This document shows positions 45,744 through 58,800 of a stretch of 64,000 nt of DNA, in pieces (position 1 is the first letter of the stretch; each line of letters starts with the position of its first letter). The position numbers and the translations under genes are program-made. This stretch comes from Macrostomum lignano (lineage: Eukaryota): positions 1 to 64,000 of the forward strand of contig NIVC01001004.1 of the NCBI GenBank assembly GCA_002269645.1, read 5' to 3'. The notes under the pieces are model-generated. The model was not told the origin of the DNA, did not search any database, and worked only from the letters and a program-made list of their open reading frames with translations.

Positions 45744-47483
45744 ATGCAGTACGAAGAATTACTCACCAAAATTTCGAAGTCCGGACCCTGCTACCGATGG
45801 GTCATCACCAATCTTCTCGCCATGATTTCTATGAAAGCCGCATTCGACATGTTCATACTGAACCTGGTCACGGCCAGTGTGCCCTTCCACTGCGCTGAGA
45901 TCACGCTTGACAACCAGACGGTGCCATGGTCCAGCATCGCTCACAATGCGAGCATGCCTGACAACTTCACCATCAACAGCTTCATCTGCAGTCGTCCTCG
46001 GTTGTTTCGAGACTCGGACGGATCGCTGCGACTCGAATCATCGTCCGAAGGAAACGCATCGACGGTTAATCGGACCAGCGTCCCGGCCGAGGCCTGCAGC
46101 GCGTGGACGTTCTTGCCTGACCCGCCAACCCGCTGGACCATGTTCATGGAGTACTCCATGGTGTGCGAGCGACAGTACTTGATGGATCGAATCCAGACGA
46201 TGCTGCAGTTCGGAATCTGTCTGTCCACCGTGTTTGGTCCCCTGGGCGACATTATCGGCAGAAAGACGGTGTTGGTCGGCTTTGCCTATCTGGACATTTC
46301 CTGCAACATTGCTGTGATATTCGTCCAAGACCTGACGCTGCAGATGGTGCTGCGCTTCATCATGGGGTTCGGTGCTCCAGCGGTCATCATCAGCACCATT
46401 CTCATAACGGAGCTTGTGGCGGAGGACTACAGAGGCATCCACGGAAATCTAATGTGGATTCTGTTCTGCTTAGGATACAGCGGTTCGGCGGCCATCAGCT
46501 ACTTCATTCACAACTGGAGAGTGCAGACAGCGGTGGCCTGCGCCATTGCTGGAGTCGGCTACGCCACATTTATTCCGGTCATTCCGGAGTCTCCGAGATG
46601 GCTGCTCACGCGCGGCTACACAAAAAGAGCCAAGAAAATATTAAAAGAAATCTGCAAGTTTTCCGGTTGCAAGGAGGTGCTCAACGAGTTTAACTTTGAG
46701 CACAGCGAGCTGGTTGAGCCTCCGGATGAAAACAAGCCCCCAGAGGAGAACTGTATTTTCAAAATTTTTCCCAGGGAGAACCTATGCCGGCTGGAGTACT
46801 TTGTCACTGTCGGTGTACTATCGTTCAACTTTTTCACCGTGTCCCTGGTCTACTTCGCTCTGTCGTTCAAGAGAGACTTCATCACAAAAGATATCTACCT
46901 GAACGTGCTGATCTCTGGCCTACTGGAGATTCCGGCCTACATCCTGGCCTGGCAGCTCACCAACAGGGCTGGCCGCAAGTACACCAGCATGGCTAATATG
47001 GCATTCAGTGGAGTTGGACTTATCATCATGCCTTTCATTCCAACCAACCCGAACATTGTGTTCCAAGGCAGCAGCGTGCTGGCAATCGCCGTCAAGTTCA
47101 GCGTCACCGTTGCCTTCAGTATCCTGGCCGTCTACGGATCCGAAGTTTTGCCGACTAAAGTCCGCAGCTGCTCATTCTTCGTTGCCTCCATTTTGATGCG
47201 GGGCGCTCAACTGCTGGCACCGGAGATCGGCGGTGCTCTGGCGAGTCTCTACGACAACTTGCCGTCTCTGTTGTACGGCGTGATCTGCGTCCTGGCCAGC
47301 CTGACCATCCTGCTGCTGCCCGAGAGCAAGGACAGGCCGATGCCCAACACCGTGGCTGAGATGGAGCCTGTGGGCTGTCCCTGCGGCGCCCGGAGAACTG
47401 AACTTGCAACCAATGCTTCCGGCAATGCTCAAGTTGATGAAGACGAGATGAAACCTCTGCAAGTGTTCTCCGTGGACGCTTGA
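45744..47483 (+). CDS. SLC22 family transporter, copy 3 (579 aa from MQYEELL, no CDS introns), head-to-head with copy 2
   Basis: Same motif set; closest to copy 2 (shared RENLCRLEY, FALSFKRDFIT). CAG acceptor 8 nt before the ATG. AATAAA at 47503-47508. Confidence 0.95.
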   Translation: MQYEELLTKISKSGPCYRWVITNLLAMISMKAAFDMFILNLVTASVPFHCAEITLDNQTVPWSSIAHNASMPDNFTINSFICSRPRLFRDSDGSLRLESSSEGNASTVNRTSVPAEACSAWTFLPDPPTRWTMFMEYSMVCERQYLMDRIQTMLQFGICLSTVFGPLGDIIGRKTVLVGFAYLDISCNIAVIFVQDLTLQMVLRFIMGFGAPAVIISTILITELVAEDYRGIHGNLMWILFCLGYSGSAAISYFIHNWRVQTAVACAIAGVGYATFIPVIPESPRWLLTRGYTKRAKKILKEICKFSGCKEVLNEFNFEHSELVEPPDENKPPEENCIFKIFPRENLCRLEYFVTVGVLSFNFFTVSLVYFALSFKRDFITKDIYLNVLISGLLEIPAYILAWQLTNRAGRKYTSMANMAFSGVGLIIMPFIPTNPNIVFQGSSVLAIAVKFSVTVAFSILAVYGSEVLPTKVRSCSFFVASILMRGAQLLAPEIGGALASLYDNLPSLLYGVICVLASLTILLLPESKDRPMPNTVAEMEPVGCPCGARRTELATNASGNAQVDEDEMKPLQVFSVDA

Positions 47484-48085
47484 CGAATTGGGATCAGAAA
47501 CTAATAAATTATTGTAATTTAATCTTGTATCCTCGTTTTGAACTGTTTTCTGCTTTGGAAGCTTCAGAAATGCTTGATAAAAGACGTCCATTGGTCTAAA
47601 GATTTTTGCTACCAACAAGTCCAGCCTTAGTGAAGCAAAAAGAAACTGTCCAGAAACTTCAGTTTATTCTTACTACTAATATCCGTACGAGCGTAATTTT
47701 TCTATTAAAATACACTAGAGCCAATTTTCTATCTTGGATAGCTGGTTCAATAAAAGCTTCTTATTATGCAGTACGCAGGATCGTTCCTGAGAGACGCGAC
47801 TTCACGTGGCATATCTTGGACTGTACGAGCTAGATATTGCACTGTGACCGCGCCTTGCACAGTCAACCCCAGTGTACGCAATGGTACGAACTTACAGGCG
47901 CTAAATCGGGGTGCAAAATTTCCGATAAGAGCGCCGCTAGCCTTCAAACTGTTGGCTAACCAGCCTAATCTGCTTCCAGCAGTGGAAAGCCCGAAGTTAA
48001 AGAGCTGGTTAGCAGTACAAAGCTTTGGTTTGGTGCAAATCCAAAGGCTGCGAGTGTTGCCGAGTGAAGTAGAACAAACCTCGGC

Positions 48086-48550
48086 ATGGGCAACCGTCTG
48101 GTCATGTGCCGCAGGGGCGCCAGCGGACAGGAGACCTACACAACCACGGTGATTCAAGACCGATTCTCCTCTGACATCGACGGTGGCAAAAATTTGCCTA
48201 ATCGACGACGGTCAAACGATGAAGACGCCGACGATGAGGACGATGACGGTTTAGAAGAGGAAGCTGAGCACTCTGTGTACGAAATCCGCCCAGTGCAACA
48301 TCAGCATCGAGCTCAAGATCTGGGCGATCAGAAATCTCCCCTGACTATTTTGACTAATCCGCTGTACGAGGACAGCCCCAATGAGAAAGACGTCCAGGAC
48401 GATACGTCGCCAGTTTTCGATGAGGTAGCAGCGGCGGCGGCCGCCGAGGCCGCGCTCGAGAAGGTTCGAGCTGAGGCAGCGGCGAAGCGCAGTTTTCTGC
48501 TTGAGCAAAGCCATCCAGAGGCTAAGCAGCCCGACCCCGTGCTGCTGTGA
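48086..48550 (+). CDS. Orphan 154-aa acidic protein with predicted N-myristoylation/palmitoylation (MGNRLVMC) and SVYEI and NPLY motifs
   Basis: Single non-repetitive GC-rich ORF with good start context (ggcATGG) and composition like the neighbouring exons. No family recognised. Confidence 0.55.
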   Translation: MGNRLVMCRRGASGQETYTTTVIQDRFSSDIDGGKNLPNRRRSNDEDADDEDDDGLEEEAEHSVYEIRPVQHQHRAQDLGDQKSPLTILTNPLYEDSPNEKDVQDDTSPVFDEVAAAAAAEAALEKVRAEAAAKRSFLLEQSHPEAKQPDPVLL

Positions 48551-48677
48551 GCACGGCCTTAGTTTATGTTGCTTGACTTGGACTTTGCATGCTAAAATTT
48601 TTGACAACAATTGCAATTCTCATCAGTTCTTTTCTAACGTCACTCAAACTATTCATATTTGCTGAAATTTACATGTA

Positions 48678-48899
48678 ACCCGTACAGCAAGTACGACGTC
48701 GTCGATGTCGGCGAACGTTCCCGACGTCTATCGACGTCGCTGAAAAATATGTACTTTTACATTTCACCGAAATTTAGCTGGCGTGACGTCGTTATCTGTC
48801 GTATGAACTCGTAGTCTGTCGATGTAATATAAAGCGACACATTTTCAGCGACGTAGATAGACGTCAGAAGCGTCGCCGACGTCGGATTGCTGTACTGGT
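48678..48899. mobile_element. 222-bp MITE with TA target duplication and GACGTC-rich subterminal inverted repeats
   Basis: Ends ACCCGTACAGCAA and TTGCTGTACTGGT. Internal inverted blocks gacgtctatc(g/t)acgtcgctgaaaa. TA on both flanks. Confidence 0.7.
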
Positions 48900-49774
48900 T
48901 AGCACATTTTGAAGAAAATTTGAAAAAAATTCTCCTCGAAATCCAAATTTACATTCTAAACGGATTTCGCAAAAACTCTGTAAAGATTACAAGCGTATTT
49001 GGTGGAAAAAATTGTCTAGAATAACAAACAACAACAAAGAACTCCTCCCACCAATCACACAAAGTGTCCACAAGGGGGAGGAATCAGATGGCACGCCCAT
49101 GGGCCAGGTTCCTCAAAAAGTCTCTAGAAAGAATGCACTACGAGCTAAGGAGACAGGAACAGTGGCATTTTGCCTGCTTGTCGGTCTTTGGTATGGCATT
49201 TCAAGAAAAAACGGCTTGATAAACTTTTGAGTCTAAATGTGAGATATTTGAGGAATTTAGAAGATGCTAAAGAACTAAAAACTAGTCCTAGTTTTTGTCC
49301 TAATGGTCTTAGGGTTCTTAGGGCTCTTCGGGTGAAAGAATCCAATTTAAAAAGGATTAGGCCACCCTCTCATCGGACTGAGAGCTTGAGAACAGTTTGA
49401 GATGTGTTTTCTTCCTAGGATGAGGAAGGTAATTTTACCAATAATCATCAGTGCTACATCATCGTTTCATTTTCTTAGCTGTTCACAAGTAAGGACATGC
49501 AATGTGAAAGGACTACTTTTGTAATATGCAAATTGCTTTTATTGTTACGCTTGCAAACATACTACTTTCACTAGTCTATTGCTGCATGTTAGGCCAGAAA
49601 TTATAAGCTTAAACTTTTCATGAAGAGTCAGGGTGTAAGAGAATGATTTCGATTTATTTCTTTTTTTACCAACTGACTTAGAGTATTCGCTGTATCGCTG
49701 GTGCATGCATTTAGTAAGCTCTGGCCATAGACGACTTCAGTCGTGAAATTCAGACTCTCAGTCACCGGCCGCAT

Positions 49775-50928
49775 GGGAATCACCCAGCTGGTCACTGGAT
49801 CAATTTGAATCGCCCAGTTGGTCACTGAATCAATGAGAATCGCCCAGTTGGTCACTGAATCAATGGGGATCGCCCAGTTGGTCACTGAATCAATAGGAAT
49901 CGCCCAGTTGGTCACTGAATCAATGGGAATCGCCCAGTTGGTCACTGAATCAATGGGGATCGTCCAGTTGGTCACTGAATCAATGGGAATCGCCCAGTTG
50001 GTCACTGAATCAATGGGAATCGCCCATTTGGTCACTAAATCAATAGGAATCGCCCAGTTGGTCACTGAATCAATGGGAATCGCCCAGTTGGTCACTGAAT
50101 CAATGGGAATCGCCCAGTTGGTCACTAAATCAATAGGAATCGCCCAGTTGGTCACTGAATCAATGGGAATCGCCCAGTTGGTCACTGAATCAATGGGAAT
50201 CGCCCAGTTGGTCACTGAATCAATGGGAATCGCCCAGTTGGTCACTGAATCAATGGGAATCGCCCAGTTGGTCACTGAATCAATGGGAATCGCGCAGTTG
50301 GTCACTGGATCAATGGGAATCGCCCAGTTGGTCACTGAATCAATGGGAATCGCCCAGTTGGTCACTGAATCAATGGGGATCGCCCAGTTGGTCACTAAAT
50401 CAATAGGAATCGCCCAGTTGGTCACTGAATCAATGGGAATCGCCCATTTGGTCACTGAATCAATGGGAATCGCCCAGTTGGTCACTGAATCAATGGGAAT
50501 CGCCCATTTGGTCACTGAATCAATGGGAATCGCCCAGTTGGTCACTGAATCAATGGGAATCGCCCAGTTGGTCACTGAATCAATGGGAATCGCCCAGTTG
50601 GTCACTGAATCAATGGGAATCGCCCAGTTGGTCACTAAATCAATAGGAATCGCCCAGTTGGTCACTGAATCAATGGGAATCGCCCAGTTGGTCACTGGAT
50701 CAATGGGAATCGCTAAGGTGGTCACTGAAATGATGGGAATCGCCCAGTTGTTCACTGGATTAATGTGAATCGCCCAGTTAGTTACTGGATCAATGGGAAT
50801 CGCTAAGGTGGTCACTGGATTAATGTGAATCGCCCAGTTAGTTACTGGATCAATGGGAATCGCTAAGGTGGTCACTGAACTGATGGGAATCGCCCAGTTG
50901 TTCACTGGATTAATGTGAATCGCCCATT
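49775..50928. repeat. 30-bp minisatellite (cgcccagttggtcactgaatcaatgggaat) x~38
   Basis: Read directly from the sequence. Confidence 0.97.
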
Positions 50929-52871
50929 GAGCCCTGGTATTGATTCTGGAATTCGAATGTCTCTCATTAATCTATTCGTTCACTGATTGAATTCGCTGAG
51001 GGGTAGTTGCGGAAATGCGAAGAGGAACTCATCGATAAATAATAAGTGAGTAGAGTAAGGTCGCAACGACTTAGAGCTTCCTGAGTTACGTCGGTGAAAC
51101 ACGATGGCTGTGTGTACATTTAGCTTTGTCCGTCATACGAGACTGTACCGAACAGACGTAGGAAATGACGAACGTCAAAGGGTTGTAATAATTTTAAAGA
51201 AATGTTTTTGAACGTATAGCCACCAGTATTGAATTTAGTTTTAAAATTAACAGCCGCATTCTTCCAAAATAGTGCTTGACGAGTTCAGTCAACCAGCCAA
51301 TCAATCAAACTATTCAACAGCAATGGCATAGCGGCCTTAACAATCCAGCCGCTCTCAGAGAGAGCTACACACAATCGCAACTATGCAACTGTCAGATCAA
51401 TTCGCATGCGCTGCTCGCCATCCGTCTCCCGTCAAAAACCAGTGCTGCAGCCTCCTCCTGCATCCCTCACTGGCTGCTCCGCACAATTAATTCATCGGCC
51501 CGTGCGGCCGCTGTGCCTGCGGGCCCTTCATTAGCCAGTTCATGGAGACTCGCGTGAAGCTGCTGTTCGGTCTTCCCTGCCAGCTATTCAACTGTAACTC
51601 CCTTCCCCTAATTCTGGGAGCTGAACTGCCAAAGCTTCAGCTTGAATGCATCTGCATGGCAATGCGTGTGGACTGTCTCAATTATATTTCGGATAAGCAG
51701 AGCCATATTGCCAATTGCGCTGGCGGCTGGGCGATGCAGAACTATCGCTTGATTCTCACTGCTGTATCTGTTGTCCCAATCTCTCTTGCTTTCGCAATTA
51801 TAATCTGATAGCTGCTATATTTGAGCATTTTTGACTCCGTCTTACCGTCTACCCTAGATACGAGCAAGCATCACGGATTCTATATTCCTACAGGGAGCGT
51901 CTTACCGGGGACAGAAATATCAAGGAAATCTTCAATCCTCGTTACTATAGCTGATTGGACCATACATGCAGACAACAGTTTATTTTTATAATGGCTGTCA
52001 GAATTGAACGACAGCAGTAACAACAAGCTACGTTAGCATTGAATAATAATGGTGTTATAAAGAAAACATAACTCTGACCATTTGTAGATTTGCAGATTAC
52101 GTTTGCAGATCTGACCATCTGCAAACGTACCGTTTTACTTCCCATACATAAAGGCGGCTGGAGTGGCTCATCTAGGAGTATATAAAATCTGTGGATAGCA
52201 CATGAGACATCACCGATGAGACACAACTCAATCATGCTAACTCGTACTTGATATCTGTTCAGAGAAAAGTTTTGCGCCTATGCTACGACTTTGGAAAACA
52301 CACCCTCATTTAGTTGAGGATTTCAAGCCAACAGTTCAGAGTGAAATAGAACTTTTAGTTGACAGAATAATTTTGAATAGCTGACAGAATTGGCAAAGCC
52401 GTCTTCTTCTGCATGTGCGCCAGAGAGATCAGAGTAGCCATTGGGAGACGCAGCCTGATTGGCTGCAGCTTCCTCATCCAGTTTCTGATGCTGCAGCGCC
52501 TCGCTCCCCATGTGTGTGCTTGTCCCTAAAGGCCGTAGCTGAGAGCCGCACACTGCAGCTTAATAGTAGCAGCATAGCAAGTGCATCGCCATATTGCAGC
52601 ACATCGGCTGGACCTCCAGCCAGCCTATTCCAGTATTCCAGTTGGGGCAAATACATCGGGGGGTGAAAAAAAGTGAAAACTTAGACAAAGTAGGAAACAA
52701 AATAGCGAGGGAAGAAGATTCAGGTAGGAACTTAGCAGCGGAGACCGAGACGACTAGTCAAACAGACGCAAGACGAGAAGACAAAAATTGGAAGCGACGT
52801 GCAAGAAAGTTGATTGATTAAAAGGTAAAGAGTTTTGGCAGGCAACGCTGCTGCAGACCAATTAGCTAAAC

Positions 52872-55800
52872 ATGAGCAGCCCTGCGCCTTCACTGGCGAC
52901 TGCAACGTCTGCTGGAGCTAATTCAGCGGTTTATTCAGCCCCCACCCGCTCAGCACCGGAGGAGGCTCTGCTCATCGCCGGCTACTCAGCCGCAGTGCTG
53001 CTCAGCACCGTCGGCAACTTGACAGTCATTGTGGTTGTGACGCGCGGCCGCCAGTGCCGGACAGATCTGCGCGGCTTTCTACTCAGCCTGGCCGTTGCTG
53101 ACCTTCTAATCGGCTGCTTCTGTCTGCCCTTCACTCTCGTGAACGTGCTCTACCGCCGCTGGCCTCTGCCTGACATTCTGTGCAAGCTGGTGTCTTACTG
53201 CCAGCTGGTGGCCGTGACGTCTTCTGTGCTGACCAACATGGCTATTGGCTTCGATCGTTTCTGGGTGGTGACGTTTCCTCTGAGCCAGCGGCTGACCTTC
53301 AATCGGTCCCGAGCAGTGATTGTCGCTCTGTGGACGGCGTCGCTGCTGCTGTCCTCGGTGCAGCTGCGCGTCAGTGGAAAGTACGCCACCGGAGGCGGCG
53401 GACCCGATGACCCTCACAACGGCGCGGCAGCTGCCTCGGACAACGAGACAGCGTCAGTTGTGGTGGTGGAAATGTGTCGCGAGCATTGGCACAGCCCCGG
53501 CATCCAGAGGGCCTACTCAGTGTTTGTCCTGGTGCTCACCTACCTGCTGCCCGTGTCCGTTCTCTGCGCCACCTACGCTGCCATCGGGAGAAAACTGTGG
53601 ACCAGAACGCTGCCAGGCAATGCAGACTCGGCCAGGGATCAGCAGCACGTCAGGGCCAAGCGAAAGGCAAGTTTTAGTTAGTTTTATCAATTTTCGATGA
53701 TTCGATTCGGCGCTGCGCTCGTATGCTTTCTCTTGAGCATCCTAAATGCTCTGGAGATACAGCAAATATCCTTTCCTTACTGGTCTTCAGCTCATTTCTA
53801 AGAAAACCGAGTGTAGCGTCCTACTTCAGTTGTCTGCAGTACGAGTACGCAATTGCTGGCAATTGGCCCTGACGCATGGAAAATAGAAAAATAAAGAATG
53901 TCACGACGGGAAGTCAAGCTATTTTCAGTTCATGATGCAAAACTGACAAGCATCGCAAAGTAAGGCCTAAAAGTTCTTAGCCCGATGGATAAGAAAAAGG
54001 TGAATACAGTAGGGCTGCACTGAACTAAATTTGTTTATACTGTTCAAAAGTTTGACAGCACTGACCGTCAGTGCATCCCTTCCCAAAAAATCTATAGAGC
54101 AACAGCGGTAGGTCAAGTGGCTGGCTTGGAAGTCATCAGCTGGGCGCCCTCTATCTCTCAGAAGTCTCTCTAAGATCAGTATTGACAGCCTTCGGTAGTG
54201 GCGTCTCAGTTTGGTCGACTGTGTCGAATTATGGGTTGATGATTTTTAGACTCTGGTGGCCTCGGAGGTTACAGCAGGCTCTCTAGTTACTGTGCCAGTC
54301 ATTCGTTCTAGGAGTCAATTGTCTGCTCACCTCAGGTGACCTTTTAAGCGATCTAACAGCCCTCTCGATCTACCTGATCGTTGGATCCAGGTTGGTAGAG
54401 TTCACAGGGTCTTGTGTGTAGCGATCCGTGACCATCTCGTCGCCAAGAGTGTATGATTCAAACGACGTATGATTCATGATTTATGGTCTTTGTAGGTCTT
54501 GCAGACCAATTTTCCCAAACTAAAGTTACCCTGTAAGCAGAATCAAACCCACGGTACTTTGGGGTGCAAGTCCCCATGTAGGCCATGTAGGCCATTACCC
54601 CATGTAGGCCATGCTGAGTACCGGTTGAGGCTGGGGTCGAACATATCGGTATAGGGCAGAGGTCAGCAAACGATCCGGCTCGTGGGCCACATTCGACGCG
54701 CAAAGCCTCTTTATCCAGCCCTCGGGTCCTTTGAAACTTCACAATAGCAATCCGACCTACTCAAGGTTTGTGTCTCCTTTCACGCACTTCTCACCTCTCC
54801 CTTTCCACTTCCCTTCTGTCTTCTCCTATTTCATCCCTTCTCTCGTCTCGTCTCCAATCTTTTTTCCTCACCTCTCCTCTCTTCCCCTTCTCTGGCCTGC
54901 AGTCATGCGAAGCTAAAAAGCTGCATAGCCTTCGTGGCTCCTTCAGCCAGCACATACTTTCTCAAGTATACTCATATCTCAAAGTGTACTCATGTACATG
55001 TATACTTTCGCAGGTATAATTGCTCATTCCTGCTACCTGCTACTTTACGCTCGTAGTAACATCAAGACATTAGCTCGCACTGCTGTGATATCAGTAGATT
55101 AACTTTCCTCAGTGCATTTGTTTGTTGTCAAAAAATGCACAGGCTTGTGCAGAGGGGCTGGTTAAGGGTTAGGATAGGACGACCTCGAATTCAATCAGTT
55201 TCTCTCTTTGCTTTCAATTGCCCAGCCTGCTCAGTCTGTTTCGAACGCTGAGCAGGGCAAGACCGTTTTAGACAAAGGTCTTTGAATGTGAAGCGCTTAC
55301 AGGCTGCCCCAGTTGCTGGAACTGGAATGGCATGACTGTAGGCTCAATGGGAAGCATCTTGCTATTCCTCTTGACAATTGCGTGCAGCCTGACTGACTCT
55401 CGCTGCCAGAGAACAACTTGAGCCGCCATAAATTTGATGTCTGTTAGTCTCTCAGTCTGCTTAGGCTGATCTTCCAGCCCTTCAAGCTCTTCGAAAGCGG
55501 TTGTCGAGCATTTCCCGACGGATATATGGGCCAGACTGCCACATATGCTAAGCAAAACTGCTTGATATTTGTTTGTATAGTTTTCACAAAAAAGTCTTTA
55601 ATTCTTTGTTGATTGACCTTTTTTTGCGCTAGCTAGTCACAATGTTTTATGGCCGCTAGATCATAAAAACAACCAACGAAGAAGCCAATGCATTGCATTA
55701 AATTACACGTAGAGATTACAAGTTTTTATATAGGTCAGAAGAGGAACTACCATATCTGATTTTGGTTTGGTACGGTCTAGCGCAGCAATAATCTGTTAGC

Positions 55801-58800
55801 GTCACTACGGTGTACCGATGTAATTTAGACTTTTTTGTCCTTTGAAAGTGGGTGCATGCAGTCACTGCTCATACAAGGACAACTTAAGTAGAAGGACGCA
55901 ACACTCGAAATCAGTGGTAAATCTTTTGAAGGCAACTTTTCGCCTAAAAATACACTACAGAGATAGGAGGTTTTTCATTTTTTCAACACAAAAATTGTTA
56001 TTGCTTTTGATAGGAGGCAGATCCAGTGTTCATCTTTTGATATGTTGTGCCTTTCTTATTGTTCTATCGATATTAATAAAGCTTTTCGTTCAAAAATAGT
56101 TTTAAAGGCAGGTTTCACCGGAAAAATACACTACGGAGATAGGAAATTTCAAGATTTTCAACACTAAAACAGTGATCGGGTCTCTTAACAGTGTCAGAGA
56201 AAGTCCTAATCACACTATTTTGTGCCTCGCATGCTGCTCTAACGACGCATTAATCGATTTTTCATGTTAAATTGGTCTTTCACTTGAAAAAACGTTTAAA
56301 TTAATTACAAAATGCGAAAAGTTGCCTTCAAAACATTTACCACAGATTTCGAGTATAGCGTCCTATATATATGTTACTTGAGTAGTCCTTGTGCTCATAT
56401 TGGAAAAGGCGTTCAACCTTTCTTCTATAGTTCTAGTAGTTCTTGGTCTCTGACGCATCGCGCTTCATCAGTTCATCAGGTTGGAGACACCCATAGCACT
56501 TGTTACCTGCTTTCCGTTTCCTGACTCATCTACCTGATCCTGATCGCATTCAGATCTCCATGTAGTTCTTCTGGAATTTTAACACCCCAGAACTCGGGAA
56601 GAGCTTGTGTAATTTTTTTTCGTAAACTCGAACAGCTCTCTAAGCTCATCGATCCAGACCAGCAATCTAGTAAGTGCCTCCGGGATTACACTGTAGTTGC
56701 TGGGCTCAGACTCTCCGGAGTTCTGCGAAAGTGCATTCTTAACTTCCTCAAGACTTCCTCAATGTTGCGCAGAAAATTGCTACGAACTTGCTGTTTTATT
56801 GCAGTAATAAAGTAAAGTATTATAGTTCATTGTCGATCATCAGCATCTAATGAATACAAACTTCGCACTTATTAACAATAGGCTTGTTTGAAACTTGGCC
56901 TCTTTACGGGTTCATGTGGTTAATATTGCACTTGTAGCTTGTCAAATACGAAAGTCCCCCAGCTTATGGTCAATTTTGATTCCCATATTCAGAGTTAAAA
57001 GAGGCTTTACAATTTTTAATAAATTTCGCACACGTACAATGGGACTTCGATGTCATTAGCTTAATTGGTGAGCTCAGAGGCACGCATAATTGTACATGTT
57101 GACCATCAAGCATTGCTCAAGCACGAGTATAGGTAAACGAGTTTAGTAGCGCTTACCTAAAATGCTTTTCCTCTCCATTGCTTACTCAAGGAGGCCCAGG
57201 AATTAGAGAACGCGAAAGTTATTTGAGGTGGGAGGGACGCTAGAGTAGGTTGATTGGCTGAAGCATGTGGCAAACTAGCCATCAGCAGTTAGGCAAAACT
57301 TTAGTAGATGTGGATAGAGTGCTTAAGTGCGCCTTAGTGTGTTCGGAAAGTCTCCGGGATTCTGTGACGAATTCAGGAGTGAGTGGAGGCCCTGTTTCCG
57401 TGTTTAGTTTTCCTGTAAATTTCTCGATTTGCATTGAATCAACTCTACAAGTTTGGGTGAACTCAGTGTGTGAGCATCTGTGCACGGTTAGTTTGGGACA
57501 AGGCTCGTACCGGTTTGACTTGGAGATTTCCTTTGTACTTGTACACTCGTGTTTTTCGAACTGCTGAAAGTTGAACACCGAAAAACAAGTTAGGCCACTT
57601 TGAAACTTTGAAACTAGGAATCGAGATAGGAATCGAAAAGACGTGAAAAAAGCTAAAACCATAATTCGGATTTTAAATGGATAATCGGCGTTTTGGATTC
57701 GGATTCGGCCGGCGGCGTGGATTTCATTCGCGACCTGGCCCTGGGGCGCGCCCTGTGACGCTGACAGCGTATTTTGTTGTTGTTGTTGTCAATTCAACGA
57801 CGTCAAAATAGACGCCTGCTACATCAACAGTGTAGTGTAAATGTGCTTCAGGGAATCGAATAATTCTTTATGATGAGCACTACTGACTTTGGCGCTGCAG
57901 TCATCTGCCGCTTGTGCCAAACATTAGCTATAGATCGATGCGCACTTAGCTTTGGTGCTGGTTGATTTTGCAATAGACTGGAGACAAAGTGCATAGGTAC
58001 TCTGTTTGAAATAGACCGGAAGCAATGCAATGCGGCATTATACTAGGGTATGAAAAAAGTTTTTTGATAAACTCCGCTATGTGCTCTACAGATCGCTCAA
58101 ATAGAGCTGTTTCCTGAATTTTTTTTTAAAGTGCACAAAACTGGTCTCAGCTGAGCATGAGCCTCAGAAATAGAGGCGGAGATCAGCACTACATGTGGAC
58201 TACTGAAGCTTGACCAGGAATTAAGTAGATAAGCTTCTAGGAACAATGCATGGCTGCTTCAGGACCAAAAGTGCCACTTAAAGAACTGTAAAATCCCTAT
58301 TAAGAGGCTCACTCACAGTTCCAGTAGAAAAAATTAAAGTCCACTTTAGCACCATAGTTTTACTGTGAACTTTAAGACTATTGATTCCAGCCACGCGGTT
58401 TTGAGACATTCATGAACTGTACGCACATATTTGCTCCGATCCGATCGTGTGGGAAGAAGCATAGGCGGCCAAGGATTGCCATAGACTATACCGAGGTCTC
58501 AATTCGAGGTATTTGCCTAACAACATGCATCCATGGGTAGTTTGATTGACAGGCAAGGCAAGGTCGCTACTTCTCGACGCTGGATGCCAAATCAGAGCAC
58601 TATCAGATGCCACTGAATGATAAGGAAAAGGATCCTAACGAGCTTCGTGGTAACCATGGGATCAGCATAAATGGGAGCGAGGTTGTCAATTCAGCTTGTC
58701 TGTGGTATGCCGTCTAATGAGCGTCGTTTCGTGAGATCTTATGTGCTTAGCGACGCTTTATATTGCATGGATGACGTCGTCCGCCTCTATCGAACTTGTT

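Noticed and set aside
31460-47618. Overlapping and antisense ORFs inside the SLC22 genes (also in COX15, ASB and the GPCR)
   Set aside because: Shadow ORFs expected from GC-rich codon usage; no independent motifs.
57700-57770. LTR primer-binding site
   Set aside because: No TGG-initiated tRNA complement and no paired LTR could be identified.
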